NCBI GenBank assembly: GCA_963977015.1
Contig: CAXBMO010000002.1
Span: forward strand, 288,001 to 352,000
Length of the DNA stretch: 64,000 bases
Source of the DNA: an uncultured bacterium
GTDB lineage: Bacteria > Verrucomicrobiota > Verrucomicrobiia > Verrucomicrobiales > DEV007
Direction of reading: 5' to 3'
Within the stretch, counting starts at the first letter, position 1; the number at the start of each line of letters is the position of its first letter. The notes beneath the pieces are model-generated. The model saw only the letters and a list, made by a program, of their open reading frames with translations. It was not told the DNA's origin and did not search any database. Below, piece by piece: positions 27,940 to 38,330 of this stretch. The position numbers were made by a program, and so were the translations under genes.

Positions 27940-29790
27940 ATGTTTGCAAAACCCCTCTCGCTGTTGATCCTCGCTGCAGGATTGCTTCCTCTTTCGTCGT
28001 CAGCCCAGGATCTCGCGCCGACGGATGTGCGCCTCACACATGGGCCGATCCTCGGACGCCCGGCACATGACTCGATGAGCCTCTGGGTTCGCACCCAAAA
28101 AGCCGGCGCGATCCGGGTCTTTTACGGAACCGACGAAAAGAACCTCGATCAAGTCAGCGAGACGATCGAAACCTCGGTGGAAGACGACAACACCGGCATC
28201 ATTACGATCGGCAACCTGGCTCCTGACACCCGTTACTTTTATCGCGTTGATGACCATCAGGAATCGGGATCGTTTCGAACCTTGCCGCGAGCAGAAGACT
28301 ATCAGAACGCGGAATATAACCCTGACGGACTCTTCAATCTCCGGTTCGAGTTTGCCTGTGGAAACAATCAAAGTGCGGGAGGCAACAGCGTCGGCCCAAC
28401 GGTTCCGGTTTTCGATACCCTGAACGAGCAGGTTCGTGATTCGATCCATTTTGCGATTCTCAACGGAGACTGGCTCTACGAAGTTCAGCGCGACCATTCT
28501 CCGAAAAGCTGGCTTCAAAGCGTTGGCCTCGAACCCGACCAAAAACCTCGGGTGGTCGAAATGATGCCGACGGTGGTTGGTGTTTGGGAGAACTACAAAA
28601 CCTATCTCTCGCGCGGACGGAACCTGAGCGAGTGGCATCGCAACATCCCGTCCTATTACACCTACGATGATCACGAGACGATCAATGACATCTATGGCAC
28701 CGCTGAGACCGGCTATGTCAATCGCCGGGCCGTCTTTCGCGATATCGGCGTCGAGGCCTGGTATGATTACCTCGCCTGGGCAAACCCTCAGGCGCATGAG
28801 GCTCCCATCCACTACGGGAAAGCCGTGTTGAAGGCGGCAAGCGACATCCTGACGGACAACGATGCGGACTTCACGAAATTGAATCTCGAGGATCACGCAA
28901 ACCTCCACGTTCATTGGGGAACGCCGACTGCGGGAGTGCCGGATGCGGCGCTCGATTCCGAGCCTGGGGATCCCAATGCCAAAGTCTATCGCATCGAAGA
29001 AGTCATCAACGCCAACCAGGTTCGAATTCATCCTCCCGCCGTCGCAGATACGACCTCGGCTTACTCGATTGGGCGCCGTTGTTATGGCAAAAAATCGATT
29101 GGAAACTGCGACTTCTTCTTCGTCGACACCCGCAGTCATCGCGACCTTCACGATGTCGACAATCCGGCGAAACCTGGAGCTTCGATGCTCGGCAAACAGC
29201 AACTCAAGTGGCTCAAAACCGGGATTACGGAAAGCAGCGCCGACTTCATCTTCGTCGTATCAAGCGTGAATTTCATGGTTCCCCACGTCGGAAGCGGCGG
29301 AGGAGATGACAAGCAGCTCACGGTCAAAAAAGACGATGCCTGGACCGTGTTTCTTGAAGAACGGGAAGAGCTCATCGAATTCTGGGACAAGTTGGAACAA
29401 CCGGTTTTTGTCCTCACCGCCGATTTGCACAACAGCTACTCGATCAAGATTACCGACAATGTCTGGGAGTTTGCGAGTGGCCCTCACAACAGCATCAACC
29501 ACTCCCCTCAGGACGACGAGGGCAATCGACCAGCAAACGGCAAATTCAAATACGGCCCCCGCGAATGCGATATCCGCTGGTCAAGCTATGTGCTGAACGA
29601 CATCCCCCGCGCGGAGCGTACCTACCCTCATTATTGTGTCGTTCAGGTCAACAACGTCTTCAACAATCCAGTCAAGTTTGGCGATGAACGCTGGGTCGCA
29701 TTTCCGCACCCTCAGGTCATCTTCCAGTTCTTTGATGGATTAACCGGTGAACTCCGATACAGCGAAACCATCCTCAAGGGAATGGAGTAA
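27940..29790 (+). CDS. PhoD-like metallophosphoesterase
   Basis: Signal peptide; THGPILG; NGDWLY; YDDHE; DTRSHR; MLGKQQLKWL; TADLH. Confidence 0.85.
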   Translation: MFAKPLSLLILAAGLLPLSSSAQDLAPTDVRLTHGPILGRPAHDSMSLWVRTQKAGAIRVFYGTDEKNLDQVSETIETSVEDDNTGIITIGNLAPDTRYFYRVDDHQESGSFRTLPRAEDYQNAEYNPDGLFNLRFEFACGNNQSAGGNSVGPTVPVFDTLNEQVRDSIHFAILNGDWLYEVQRDHSPKSWLQSVGLEPDQKPRVVEMMPTVVGVWENYKTYLSRGRNLSEWHRNIPSYYTYDDHETINDIYGTAETGYVNRRAVFRDIGVEAWYDYLAWANPQAHEAPIHYGKAVLKAASDILTDNDADFTKLNLEDHANLHVHWGTPTAGVPDAALDSEPGDPNAKVYRIEEVINANQVRIHPPAVADTTSAYSIGRRCYGKKSIGNCDFFFVDTRSHRDLHDVDNPAKPGASMLGKQQLKWLKTGITESSADFIFVVSSVNFMVPHVGSGGGDDKQLTVKKDDAWTVFLEEREELIEFWDKLEQPVFVLTADLHNSYSIKITDNVWEFASGPHNSINHSPQDDEGNRPANGKFKYGPRECDIRWSSYVLNDIPRAERTYPHYCVVQVNNVFNNPVKFGDERWVAFPHPQVIFQFFDGLTGELRYSETILKGME

Positions 29791-29798
29791 CGCGACCC

Positions 29799-30788
29799 TT
29801 ACCGATCGCGCTCCCAAAGCGCCCGTTCCGTCGATACCATCAGCGCCATCGCGCCCCCCCGCTGATCCCGTCCATTGATGGCGCGACGCTGGAAGTAGGC
29901 TTCCAGGCTTTTCTGTTTTCCGGTCGATTCACAAACATTGGTGAGGGATTCCCCATCGAGCGCGATCCGGGTTTTGATCGCATTCCATGCCCGGTCGACA
30001 ATCGGCTCATAGGTAGCGCGATCGAGCCAGCCATTGCGCAACCCATGCAGCATCGCGTAGGTGATCATGCAGGTCCCGGTGAATTCCGCATAGCTCTCGG
30101 GATGGTCGATCACTTGATGCCACATCCCTTCCGCATCCTGGTGCTTTGCCAAAGCGGCCAGATGATCCTGGAGACTGGTGAGAATTTCGGCTCGTCCCTC
30201 AAAGTCTCCGGGGACATAATCCAACGCCCAAGCCAAACCCAACGCCGGAAACCCGTTCCCACGTCCCCAGGCCGCTTCATCAAGTGGAGAGTGCCGGTAA
30301 ATGCCATCCTCACGCAGGCAGAGCCGCTTCATTTCCTGGAGAAGAGAAAGACAATCGTCAAACTTCCCGGCGGCGGCAAGGGTCGGACATCCCATAAAAA
30401 CGCCGTCACTCATCTGGTTGTGATTGGGAATCTTGGATGCGGCATGGGCCACGCGACCCTTCATTCCCAGTTCCGCGAAAATCAGATGCCCGGCCACGAC
30501 CGATCCCCCCAGGTTTTTGGCCTGCGGTGCCTTTTCGGCTAGCTCCCGAACCTCCGTGGCGAGAGTTTGGTCTTCGGTGAGACCCGCCAAACGGTATTTC
30601 CCCACCAACTGCAACGCCGGAATGTAGGAGATCTGATTGAAGCTCTGCCCGTAGGCGTTGCTTAGCTGGATGGCCAATTCCTGCGGATGCCGATTGAGCC
30701 GTTTCTCCAGATCAGACTGCGCATCGACTTCAGCGCGCGCTGAAATTCCCAAAACCGACAGAGCCAAAAACACAAATAGGGGTTTCAT
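29799..30788 (-). CDS. GH88/GH105-like unsaturated glycuronyl hydrolase
   Basis: SDGVFM, WGRGNG, GMWHQVID, EFTGTCM. Confidence 0.8.
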   Translation of the reverse strand: MKPLFVFLALSVLGISARAEVDAQSDLEKRLNRHPQELAIQLSNAYGQSFNQISYIPALQLVGKYRLAGLTEDQTLATEVRELAEKAPQAKNLGGSVVAGHLIFAELGMKGRVAHAASKIPNHNQMSDGVFMGCPTLAAAGKFDDCLSLLQEMKRLCLREDGIYRHSPLDEAAWGRGNGFPALGLAWALDYVPGDFEGRAEILTSLQDHLAALAKHQDAEGMWHQVIDHPESYAEFTGTCMITYAMLHGLRNGWLDRATYEPIVDRAWNAIKTRIALDGESLTNVCESTGKQKSLEAYFQRRAINGRDQRGGAMALMVSTERALWERDR

Positions 30789-30798
30789 CGCAGGATTC

Positions 30799-31581
30799 TC
30801 AGCCAACCGCGTCCCGGATCAACTCCAAAATTGGCTCACGCAATGCCGCGTTCGTTCCAAGTGCTTCGGGCTTGTCGATTCGTTCGTTCCCGTGCCAATC
30901 CCCAAAATACCCACCAGCCTCGCGGAGAATCGGAAGAAACGGTGCGCAATCCCAGATGTTCATAATCGGGTCCAGCATGGCTTCCACTCTCCCCGTGGCG
31001 ACTAACGCGTATCCGTAGGCATCGCACCAGCCTGCGTTGTAGTAACTGGCCGCCTGCAACCGCTGCCACGCCTCACCTTTGCCGTTCTCAGCAAAAGCGG
31101 CGGTGTCGGCATGAGCCACAAAAGCACGATCCAGCTGATCCTGCTGCGAAACCCGGCAGGGGCTTCCATTCCAGTGGCACCCCATTCCCGTTGCCGCCGA
31201 AACCATCTCGTCCAGCCCTGGAAAATAGACCGCACCAACCTGACTTTCCCCCTCGATCTCGAGTCCAACGAGAACCGCATACATGGGCACTCCACAGATG
31301 AAGGACTTGGTTCCGTCAATCGGATCGATGATCCAACGGTGCGAGGCGCCGGAGTTGGTCTCGCCAAATTCTTCCCCTAAAATCGCGTGGGATGGATAGG
31401 ATGCACCAATCCGTTCCCGAATCAGCTTCTCAGCTTCCTTATCCGCAATCGTCACCGGAGAATCGTCAGACTTGAATTCCGCTTTCACCGCCTTTTGAAA
31501 GTAGTTGAGCGTCAATTGACCGGCATCGCGGGCGATGCTTCGAGCAAAATCGAGGAGTTCAGAAAGTGATTCGGCAGCCAT
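30799..31581 (-). CDS. Inositol monophosphatase family, histidinol-phosphatase HisN-like
   Basis: KSDDSPVTIAD, GEEFG, WIIDPIDGTKSF, WDCAP. Confidence 0.85.
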   Translation of the reverse strand: MAAESLSELLDFARSIARDAGQLTLNYFQKAVKAEFKSDDSPVTIADKEAEKLIRERIGASYPSHAILGEEFGETNSGASHRWIIDPIDGTKSFICGVPMYAVLVGLEIEGESQVGAVYFPGLDEMVSAATGMGCHWNGSPCRVSQQDQLDRAFVAHADTAAFAENGKGEAWQRLQAASYYNAGWCDAYGYALVATGRVEAMLDPIMNIWDCAPFLPILREAGGYFGDWHGNERIDKPEALGTNAALREPILELIRDAVG

Positions 31582-31747
31582 TTGCTTTTTCCTCTCAACC
31601 ACATTCTTCTCAATGACAAGATGAAGCTGCTCCTGGCTTTCTTTCTCCGGGGTTTTGAGTCGTAGCCAGCAGCAAGCCGTTCCTGTCTGCAGTCTTCGCT
31701 AGGCCTTGCGAAGCTCTTCCGAATGGCGTTCTGTGGCCCCTCCTGAC

Positions 31748-33874
31748 ATGAGCACCACCCCATTCAGCCTCGATCTTGTCATCGCGGATCTTCCCGGAGT
31801 TCCCGACAAGCAGCTAAAGGCCCTGAAGAAGTTGAAAATCGCCACCCTGGGCGACGTCGTTGCTCACTATCCCCGCCGCTATGAAGATCGCCGGGAATTC
31901 GATCAATGGCCCATGGCGGCTCTTGACGAAGCCGTTTGCATTCACGGAGTTGTGACCGACACGCAAACCAAGCGATTCGGGGGAGGGCCACGCCAAAGCT
32001 ACTACGAAGTGGCGTTCGAGCCCGAGGAGGACATTGCCCTGGCCCAGCCCATTTACCTTCGTTGGTTTGGAATGTCGTTCATGCGAAACGTGATCGCTGC
32101 GGGGCATGAACTCGTTATCTACGGTCAGCCCAAGGCGATGAAAGGGCGGCTTGTCATCAGCCATCCCGACTACGAAATCATCGAGCCCGGAGGCGATTCC
32201 GCGGCGCACATGGGCCGAATTACACCGATTTATCCAGCCACGAGCGGCCTGCAGCAGCGTTTTCTCCGCAGCTGGGCTTATCGCGCCATCTCGCGATTGG
32301 ATGAGCTGGCCGAGACGGAAACGCACTCGCCAATCGACACCGTATTGCCAACTTCCGCACTTGATGCCATCGATCCGGGTTTCGCGCCTCCCGACAGGCT
32401 GTGGGCTCTCAAGCAGGTCCACTTCCCAGATTCCATGGCCGACATGGAACGTGCCCGCGAATACCTTGCCCTGGAAGAATTTGTCGCGATGCAGATCCAG
32501 ATTCTGCGCCGGAAACAGGCGATTGAAGCGGAATTGGGCGAGCCCCACTGTGGCGAGGGTCATCTCTTCAACGATTTCCTGGAATTGCTTCCCTTCGACC
32601 TGACTGGAGCGCAAAAACGCACCATTGGCGAAATTCGCGCAGACATGGAGGCCCACCGCCCCATGAATCGCCTCCTGCAAGGTGATGTTGGCGCAGGAAA
32701 AACCATGGTGGCTTTCGCTGCGATGCTTTTTGCGGTCGAAGCCGGATTTCAGGCTGCGATGATGGCTCCCACTCAGATTCTTGCTGAGCAACACTTCCTC
32801 GGGTTCCAGAAGTTCGCCCAAAAGCTGGATCTCAAAATCAGTCTGCGAACCGGAAGCAAAAGCGATGCGAATTTCGCTGGAGGTGAGCTCTTTGGGGAGG
32901 CCAGACCGGACATCATCGTTGGAACCCACGCCCTGATTCACGACAAGGTAAAATTCGAAAATCTGGGGCTGGTCGTCGTCGATGAGCAACACAAATTCGG
33001 GGTCGCCCAACGCAGCAAATTGGCCGCTCAGGGTTCCAATCCGGATGTGCTCGTGATGACCGCCACTCCGATTCCGCGAACGCTCACGATGACCGCCTAT
33101 GGCGATCTGGATGTCTCCATTCTCGACGAACTCCCCGCCAACCGGGGTGAAATCATCACCGGAGTTCGGGAAACCACAAAAACTCAGCAAGCGGCGTCCT
33201 TCCTGATGCAGCACCTGGATGCGGGCCGCCAAGCCTACATCGTTTATCCGCTGGTGGAACAGAGCGACAAGCTGAAGTCGCAAGCTGCAACTGTGGAATT
33301 TGAGGCGTGGCAAAGGCGGCTTTCAAAATACAACTGCGCCCTGTTGCACGGAAAGATTCCCCCGGAAGAAAAGGAGTCGATCATGGCCGACTTCCGCGAT
33401 GGAAAGACCGACGTTTTGGTCGCAACCACGGTCATCGAAGTCGGGGTCGATGTGCCCAATGCGAACATCATGCTGATCTACAGCGCCGAACGCTTTGGGC
33501 TGGCCCAGCTGCACCAGCTACGTGGCCGGGTCGGCCGAGGCGAGCACAAGAGCTACTGCGTGCTCATGGTGGATCCCAAGAACGCAGAAGCCAAGGAACG
33601 CCTGAAGATCATGGAACAAACTCGGGACGGCTTCAAAATTGCCGAGGAAGATCTCAAGATTCGGGGTCCAGGGGACATCCTGGGAACCAAGCAGGCAGGG
33701 CTGCCGGATCTTCGATTTGCCGAGAAATTGGGAGACGCCAAATTCGTCCAGAAATCCCGCGATATTGCCCAGCACATCCTGGATCATGATTCGGAACTGG
33801 CGAGCCCGGAGAACTGGCCTCTCCGTGCGGTGATTCAAAGCGCCAAGTTTGAAAAAGCGGCGCAAAATGCCTGA
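31748..33874 (+). CDS. recG: ATP-dependent DNA helicase RecG
   Basis: MNRLLQGDVGAGKT, DEQHKFG, MTATPIPRTL, LAQLHQLRGRVGRG. Confidence 0.97.
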   Translation: MSTTPFSLDLVIADLPGVPDKQLKALKKLKIATLGDVVAHYPRRYEDRREFDQWPMAALDEAVCIHGVVTDTQTKRFGGGPRQSYYEVAFEPEEDIALAQPIYLRWFGMSFMRNVIAAGHELVIYGQPKAMKGRLVISHPDYEIIEPGGDSAAHMGRITPIYPATSGLQQRFLRSWAYRAISRLDELAETETHSPIDTVLPTSALDAIDPGFAPPDRLWALKQVHFPDSMADMERAREYLALEEFVAMQIQILRRKQAIEAELGEPHCGEGHLFNDFLELLPFDLTGAQKRTIGEIRADMEAHRPMNRLLQGDVGAGKTMVAFAAMLFAVEAGFQAAMMAPTQILAEQHFLGFQKFAQKLDLKISLRTGSKSDANFAGGELFGEARPDIIVGTHALIHDKVKFENLGLVVVDEQHKFGVAQRSKLAAQGSNPDVLVMTATPIPRTLTMTAYGDLDVSILDELPANRGEIITGVRETTKTQQAASFLMQHLDAGRQAYIVYPLVEQSDKLKSQAATVEFEAWQRRLSKYNCALLHGKIPPEEKESIMADFRDGKTDVLVATTVIEVGVDVPNANIMLIYSAERFGLAQLHQLRGRVGRGEHKSYCVLMVDPKNAEAKERLKIMEQTRDGFKIAEEDLKIRGPGDILGTKQAGLPDLRFAEKLGDAKFVQKSRDIAQHILDHDSELASPENWPLRAVIQSAKFEKAAQNA

Positions 33875-33883
33875 CGCAGACGG

Positions 33884-34201
33884 TCAGGAGTATTTCACAT
33901 CCTTACCCGGCTCCATCTCATAGAGTAGCTCCTGGGTCGATGTGGTATAAGGCTTCACAACCTCTTCCTTAAACTTGATGTAGATCGGATCGTCCTGATA
34001 CATCTCCATTTTGTCGAGTGACTCAAAATCGATTGCCACGTAAAATGGCCACATCGTATCCTCGGTAATCCGCTTTCCGGAACTGATATTCAGCACCTCG
34101 GGAATTTTCAGGAGCTGACTGCGACTTGAACGAATCATGTCCTCAAGTTGCTCGTCCGAGACGTCGGGCTTCAGCTTGTAGAGTGCGATGTAATGGACCA
34201 T
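33884..34201 (-). CDS. Dabb (stress-responsive A/B barrel) protein
   Basis: MVHYIALYKLK...IPEV...YQDDPIY. Confidence 0.75.
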   Translation of the reverse strand: MVHYIALYKLKPDVSDEQLEDMIRSSRSQLLKIPEVLNISSGKRITEDTMWPFYVAIDFESLDKMEMYQDDPIYIKFKEEVVKPYTTSTQELLYEMEPGKDVKYS

Positions 34202-34283
34202 GGGAAGTAGGCGAACACCAAGAAGGTTAGCAGTCTTCGTCGCCGCCCATTTAGTGCCCTATTTCAGTCTCTTTTGCAATCCG

Positions 34284-34658
34284 TTAGTTATCCCATCGAA
34301 GCGCACCTTTTTTGAGCGCATAGATGTAGGCTACGAATAAAATTCCCACAAAACTGAGCATGCTCCAAAACATCGTTAATCCGTGCTCACCAATCATGCT
34401 GGTGAAGTTGACCGCCCAGGGATACATGAAAACGACTTCGATATCGAAAATCACGAACAGCATCGCCACGAGGTAGAATTTTACGCTGAAGCGGGGCTGA
34501 CCGTCGCCAACGGGAAGCATCCCGCACTCATACGCGCTATCCTTGACCACATTCTTTCGACCACTCCGCCCGAGAACCACACTCGAAATGAGGATCGCGA
34601 CTGCCAATCCGGTCGCGACGAGGATTTGGAGCAAAACGGGCAAGTAATCCTGGATCAT
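34284..34658 (-). CDS. nuoA: NADH-quinone oxidoreductase subunit A
   Basis: YECG, FSVKFYLVAMLFVIFDIEVVFMYPWA, KKGAL.W. Confidence 0.95.
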   Translation of the reverse strand: MIQDYLPVLLQILVATGLAVAILISSVVLGRSGRKNVVKDSAYECGMLPVGDGQPRFSVKFYLVAMLFVIFDIEVVFMYPWAVNFTSMIGEHGLTMFWSMLSFVGILFVAYIYALKKGALRWDN

Positions 34659-34880
34659 AAAGCTGAATGAGAATGGTTCGGCGCGAGACGCCATGCCCGG
34701 AAAAGTGACAAGCGGTGCAACGCAGCTTTGACTGCATTACACCGCTTGTTGTCGAAGACAAGAAAAAGATTGGTGGGTTTTTCGAGAAGAAAAATTAAAC
34801 CAAAATTCTTCCTTCTTTAATCTTCACCCGGCTTTCGCTCGGGCGTTAACATTCATTAGACTTGGTGATTAGGATGCGCG

Positions 34881-35219
34881 TTACTTTGCAGCGGCGGCAG
34901 CCGCAGCAGCAGCAGCTTTAGCAGCGGCTGCAGCAACAAATGCGCTTGATGCTTCCTCGAGACGCTCGAGTCCACGGTATTGCTTACCCTCTTTTTCAAC
35001 CAGGCCCCGAGTGCACAGATTCTGGAGCTTTTCATACGCCCGGAGTCGAAGCATCTCTTCGCCTCCGCTCACCGCATTCCGTTTCTTGAGGTTCTCATAA
35101 ACTTCCTCAAACAGATCGTTAAACGCGAACTGTTTGGGTGCTGATAAGACTGCCACAAGTTCATCCGTCACATGATCCGGAACACGACGAGAGAATCTAG
35201 TTCTTCTTGTAGTAGACAT
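34881..35219 (-). CDS. Small hypothetical protein with poly-Ala/Lys tail
   Basis: 112-aa ORF; basic N-terminus, LRAYEKLQNL..RGLVEK core, AAAAAKAAAAAAAAAK tail. Confidence 0.7.
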   Translation of the reverse strand: MSTTRRTRFSRRVPDHVTDELVAVLSAPKQFAFNDLFEEVYENLKKRNAVSGGEEMLRLRAYEKLQNLCTRGLVEKEGKQYRGLERLEEASSAFVAAAAAKAAAAAAAAAAK

Positions 35220-35507
35220 AGTGCACTGAGTTTAGCACTGATCGGTAGTCTTTGCGAAGTCTTTTCGATACCGCTCGCCCATTTGTGTCTCATCGCTGAG
35301 ACCTGTTCCAGAATCAGACAAAACGTGTTGACAATGGGTGCTTTTTGCCGTTTTCAGGGATTGTTTTCTTGAGACGGAGAACCTTGTTCTTTTTTTGTTC
35401 AAAAAAGCGATTTTTCCGCCTTTTTTGCCCCTGATCGACCGTGATGCGTCCATGAGTTCGAGCTTTATTTTTTTTGCTCGGGCGAGCTCCTCAAAATGAG
35501 AATGTCA

Positions 35508-36446
35508 TCACGAACCGGCCTCCCCATAAATCTGGGCAATTTCCACGAAAATCGCCTCCAGTTTTTCATAGTAGTCGGCCTCGCTTAACTCGTCGCGATT
35601 CTCACGCAATTTTTCGGCTTCCACCTCCAATTCATTGCGCCGCGCCCGTGCTTCGGCCGAAAGCTGGCGATCCAACTCTCCCGGCACCAGGTGAAGGTTG
35701 CGGGAACGTTGACCATCGGGAATCGCCTCTTCACCAACGTTCTTCGCAACGCGCATCCCATCAAACCAGTCCGCGCGAATCCCCTTGCCATCGCCGTTAT
35801 CGTCAATCAAAGCCTGCTCAGTGGCAAGCCGACGCTCTTTCTCATAAAACTCCGCCGTATGGCTTGAAGCCAGCAGAAAGGCCTCCAGAACCGAAATCTG
35901 GCCGTCCTTGTTCAAATCCGCGAGATTGGATTGGAGAGACTTCGCCAAATACTTCCCGAATCTTGTGATATTGACCTCCGCCCCGCTCTTCGTTGCCGTG
36001 ATCACGGTTCGATTCGGCCCCTTGAGCGCCGGGATGAAGGGCGCGCTGGCCGACGCCGTATTGATGAATACCAATTCGCCGCTTGTCCATCCCTCGAACC
36101 ACTCTCCCAGTTCGCTTGCCGACACATCGTCCCCTTCCAGATTGAATTTGGCGCTCCGGCCATCAAAGGTCCCGTGCCCAATCAGGACCACCCACAGCTC
36201 CTGGGGCTTCGCCTCGACCTGTCTTTCAATCTCAGACTTGAGCCGCTCTCGACTATCGATCAACGTCGTGCTCACATCCCCGGCACGCTCCGCGGCCTGA
36301 GCCCACTGCGTCGCCGCCTCCGCAAAGGGAACCGCAAACTCCAGCGAGCCCTCCGCGCCGATCACAATCAACAACTCGCGATCCCTGGCCAGGCCCCAAC
36401 CTGGGACCATCACGACCGCCAAAGATGCTAGCAGGAGTCGAACCAT
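35508..36446 (-). CDS. Secreted hypothetical protein, caspase/C13-like fold suspected
   Basis: Signal peptide; LIGHGTFDG; FINTASAS; ADLNKDGQISVLEAF. Confidence 0.6.
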   Translation of the reverse strand: MVRLLLASLAVVMVPGWGLARDRELLIVIGAEGSLEFAVPFAEAATQWAQAAERAGDVSTTLIDSRERLKSEIERQVEAKPQELWVVLIGHGTFDGRSAKFNLEGDDVSASELGEWFEGWTSGELVFINTASASAPFIPALKGPNRTVITATKSGAEVNITRFGKYLAKSLQSNLADLNKDGQISVLEAFLLASSHTAEFYEKERRLATEQALIDDNGDGKGIRADWFDGMRVAKNVGEEAIPDGQRSRNLHLVPGELDRQLSAEARARRNELEVEAEKLRENRDELSEADYYEKLEAIFVEIAQIYGEAGS

Positions 36447-36471
36447 CTGAGAATTCTTGATACCGCGCGGC

Positions 36472-37257
36472 TCAACGTTCCGCAATCGTATGCTTATGGA
36501 TAAACTCTACAATGGGGGTGGGATCTTCCAAACTATGCGGATGGTGGCCTACTCCGGGCTTGTGGATCACCTTGATACTTCCACCAAGCGCGAGGTAACG
36601 CGCTTCCACAATCGCCGTGTTCTCCGCCACCGGCACCACGTCATCCGCATCGCCAACCACGTGCAGCAACGGAATCCCGGCCTTCGCCAGGGGTTCCAGC
36701 CGGTCGATCGGGTTGCCGCGATAGGCCAGCGCCTCTTCTTCCGTAAAACCATATGCGGCGAGACATTCCTTCCAGGCGCCCTCGCTCCCCTTCCCTTCGC
36801 CTTTTCCGCCGGGCCAACTCTTGAAGTCACAAACCGGCGCATCTCCATAGATGCAGCTCACCTTCTCCGGATTCTGCGCCGCCCAGTTGTAGATGATCAA
36901 TCCACCTCGACTCATGCCCTCCAGTGCGACCTTGCCCCACAGGCGATATTTCCCGGTCATCTCCGCGTAAAACGCATCCCAATGCGCAACGGCCTCCGGG
37001 CTCCCGAACAGGCCGCCGACATCACAGTAGGCCACGTGGAAGCCGCGCTCCAACAAGGCAATATCCGCCTGCGGTTCGTGACCAAAAAAGCGCGCGCGCC
37101 ACACCCACAAACGCCCGGCGTTCGCTTCCTTCGGCTCGACGAGAATGCACTTGCGCCCATCGACCTCGAAATCGGTCCGGGTAAAGCCGTGAAAGTCTGC
37201 GGCATGGCTCGTAAGGGCTGCAAACGCGGTAATGAGGATGATGAAGGGTCGGATCAT
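36472..37257 (-). CDS. Secreted alpha/beta hydrolase
   Basis: GMSRGG nucleophile elbow, [13 protein letters not shown]. Confidence 0.85.
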   Translation of the reverse strand: MIRPFIILITAFAALTSHAADFHGFTRTDFEVDGRKCILVEPKEANAGRLWVWRARFFGHEPQADIALLERGFHVAYCDVGGLFGSPEAVAHWDAFYAEMTGKYRLWGKVALEGMSRGGLIIYNWAAQNPEKVSCIYGDAPVCDFKSWPGGKGEGKGSEGAWKECLAAYGFTEEEALAYRGNPIDRLEPLAKAGIPLLHVVGDADDVVPVAENTAIVEARYLALGGSIKVIHKPGVGHHPHSLEDPTPIVEFIHKHTIAER

Positions 37258-38276
37258 GAAGAAAACTGAAGGTGGATTTTGGTAAAGTTGCCGGGATTTT
37301 GATGCCAGTCCTCCAAAGCCGCGCCGGCTTCGTCCAGACTGACTTCTCGATTCACGACTTCGTGAAGCGGAAACTTTCCAGCTTCCAAATATTGAATCAC
37401 AGCCGCGAAATCGTCCGGCATCGCATTCCGCGACCCTAGAATATCCAACTCTTTCTGCACGAAAAATTTCGTTTCGTACTCCACCGGCGCCTTGGCGTAG
37501 CCGATGTAGACGACCCGACCGGCGAAACTCACCTCCTCCACCGCGCTTCGGAACGTCTGCGGAGCCCCCACCGCCTCAATCGTCACTTCCGGCCCTTCTC
37601 CGCCGGTCAACTCCGCCAACTTCTCGTGCAAATCCTCCTCCGCGCCATTGATCGTGATGTCCGCACCGCAGTTCCGCGCCAGCTCCAGCTTCCGATCATC
37701 GAGGTCCACGGCAATCACCCGCGCCGAACGCGTCGCCGCTCCCGCAATCGCGCCCAAACCGATCGCGCCCGCCCCAAACACCAGCACCGTGTCCGCCTCG
37801 GTCACCCGGCCCCGGCTCACCGCGTGAAACCCCACCGTGAGCGGCTCCACCAATGCCATCTCAGAGAGCGAGAGGGTCGCCGACGTCAGCAACTTCTCCT
37901 GCGGCACGGCAAAGAACTCGCTCATCGCCCCATCGCGCTGCACCCCCATCGTCTCATTGTTGCGACAGCAGTTGAACCGCCCCTGACGGCACGCCGCACA
38001 AGCCCCACACGCCGTGTAGGGCGACACCAGAACCTGTTGCCCGATTCTCCATTCCGCCCCTACGCCCTCGCCCAGCTCCACAATCGTCGCGCCCACCTCA
38101 TGGCCGGGAATCCGCGGATAACTCACCAGCGGATTCGCCCCGCGATACGTGCTCAAATCCGACCCGCAAAAGCCGATTCGCTCGATCCTCAACAGCACCT
38201 CACCAGGCTTCACCACCGGATCCGCCACCTCCGTGATTCGCGATCTCCCCGGCTCCGTAATTTGAAAAGCTCTCAC
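37254..38276 (-). CDS. Zinc-binding alcohol/sugar-acid dehydrogenase
   Basis: [30 protein letters not shown]. Confidence 0.92.
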   Translation of the reverse strand: MRAFQITEPGRSRITEVADPVVKPGEVLLRIERIGFCGSDLSTYRGANPLVSYPRIPGHEVGATIVELGEGVGAEWRIGQQVLVSPYTACGACAACRQGRFNCCRNNETMGVQRDGAMSEFFAVPQEKLLTSATLSLSEMALVEPLTVGFHAVSRGRVTEADTVLVFGAGAIGLGAIAGAATRSARVIAVDLDDRKLELARNCGADITINGAEEDLHEKLAELTGGEGPEVTIEAVGAPQTFRSAVEEVSFAGRVVYIGYAKAPVEYETKFFVQKELDILGSRNAMPDDFAAVIQYLEAGKFPLHEVVNREVSLDEAGAALEDWHQNPGNFTKIHLQFSS

Positions 38277-38330
38277 CCTCCAGTCATCCCAGACAATTGC
38301 CAACTTCGCAAGTTGCAGCTAGCTCTCCCC

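Noticed and set aside
27099-28070. 323-aa + strand ORF over gntR
   Set aside because: Antisense shadow of a clear GntR gene; no recognisable motifs
31814-33313. Long antisense ORFs (also 52864-54165, 44900-46159, 28000-29202 and others)
   Set aside because: Mirror frames of well-supported genes, expected from codon bias in GC-rich DNA
35222-35285. Possible c-di-GMP-I riboswitch (minus strand GAAA...CGCAAAG...CTAA)
   Set aside because: The required P2 and P3 stems could not be built by eye; an Rfam RF01051 search would settle it
37626-38330. Arg-rich N-terminal extension of the GNAT ORF
   Set aside because: Overlaps the dehydrogenase on the opposite strand; GNAT similarity begins at ATG 38331
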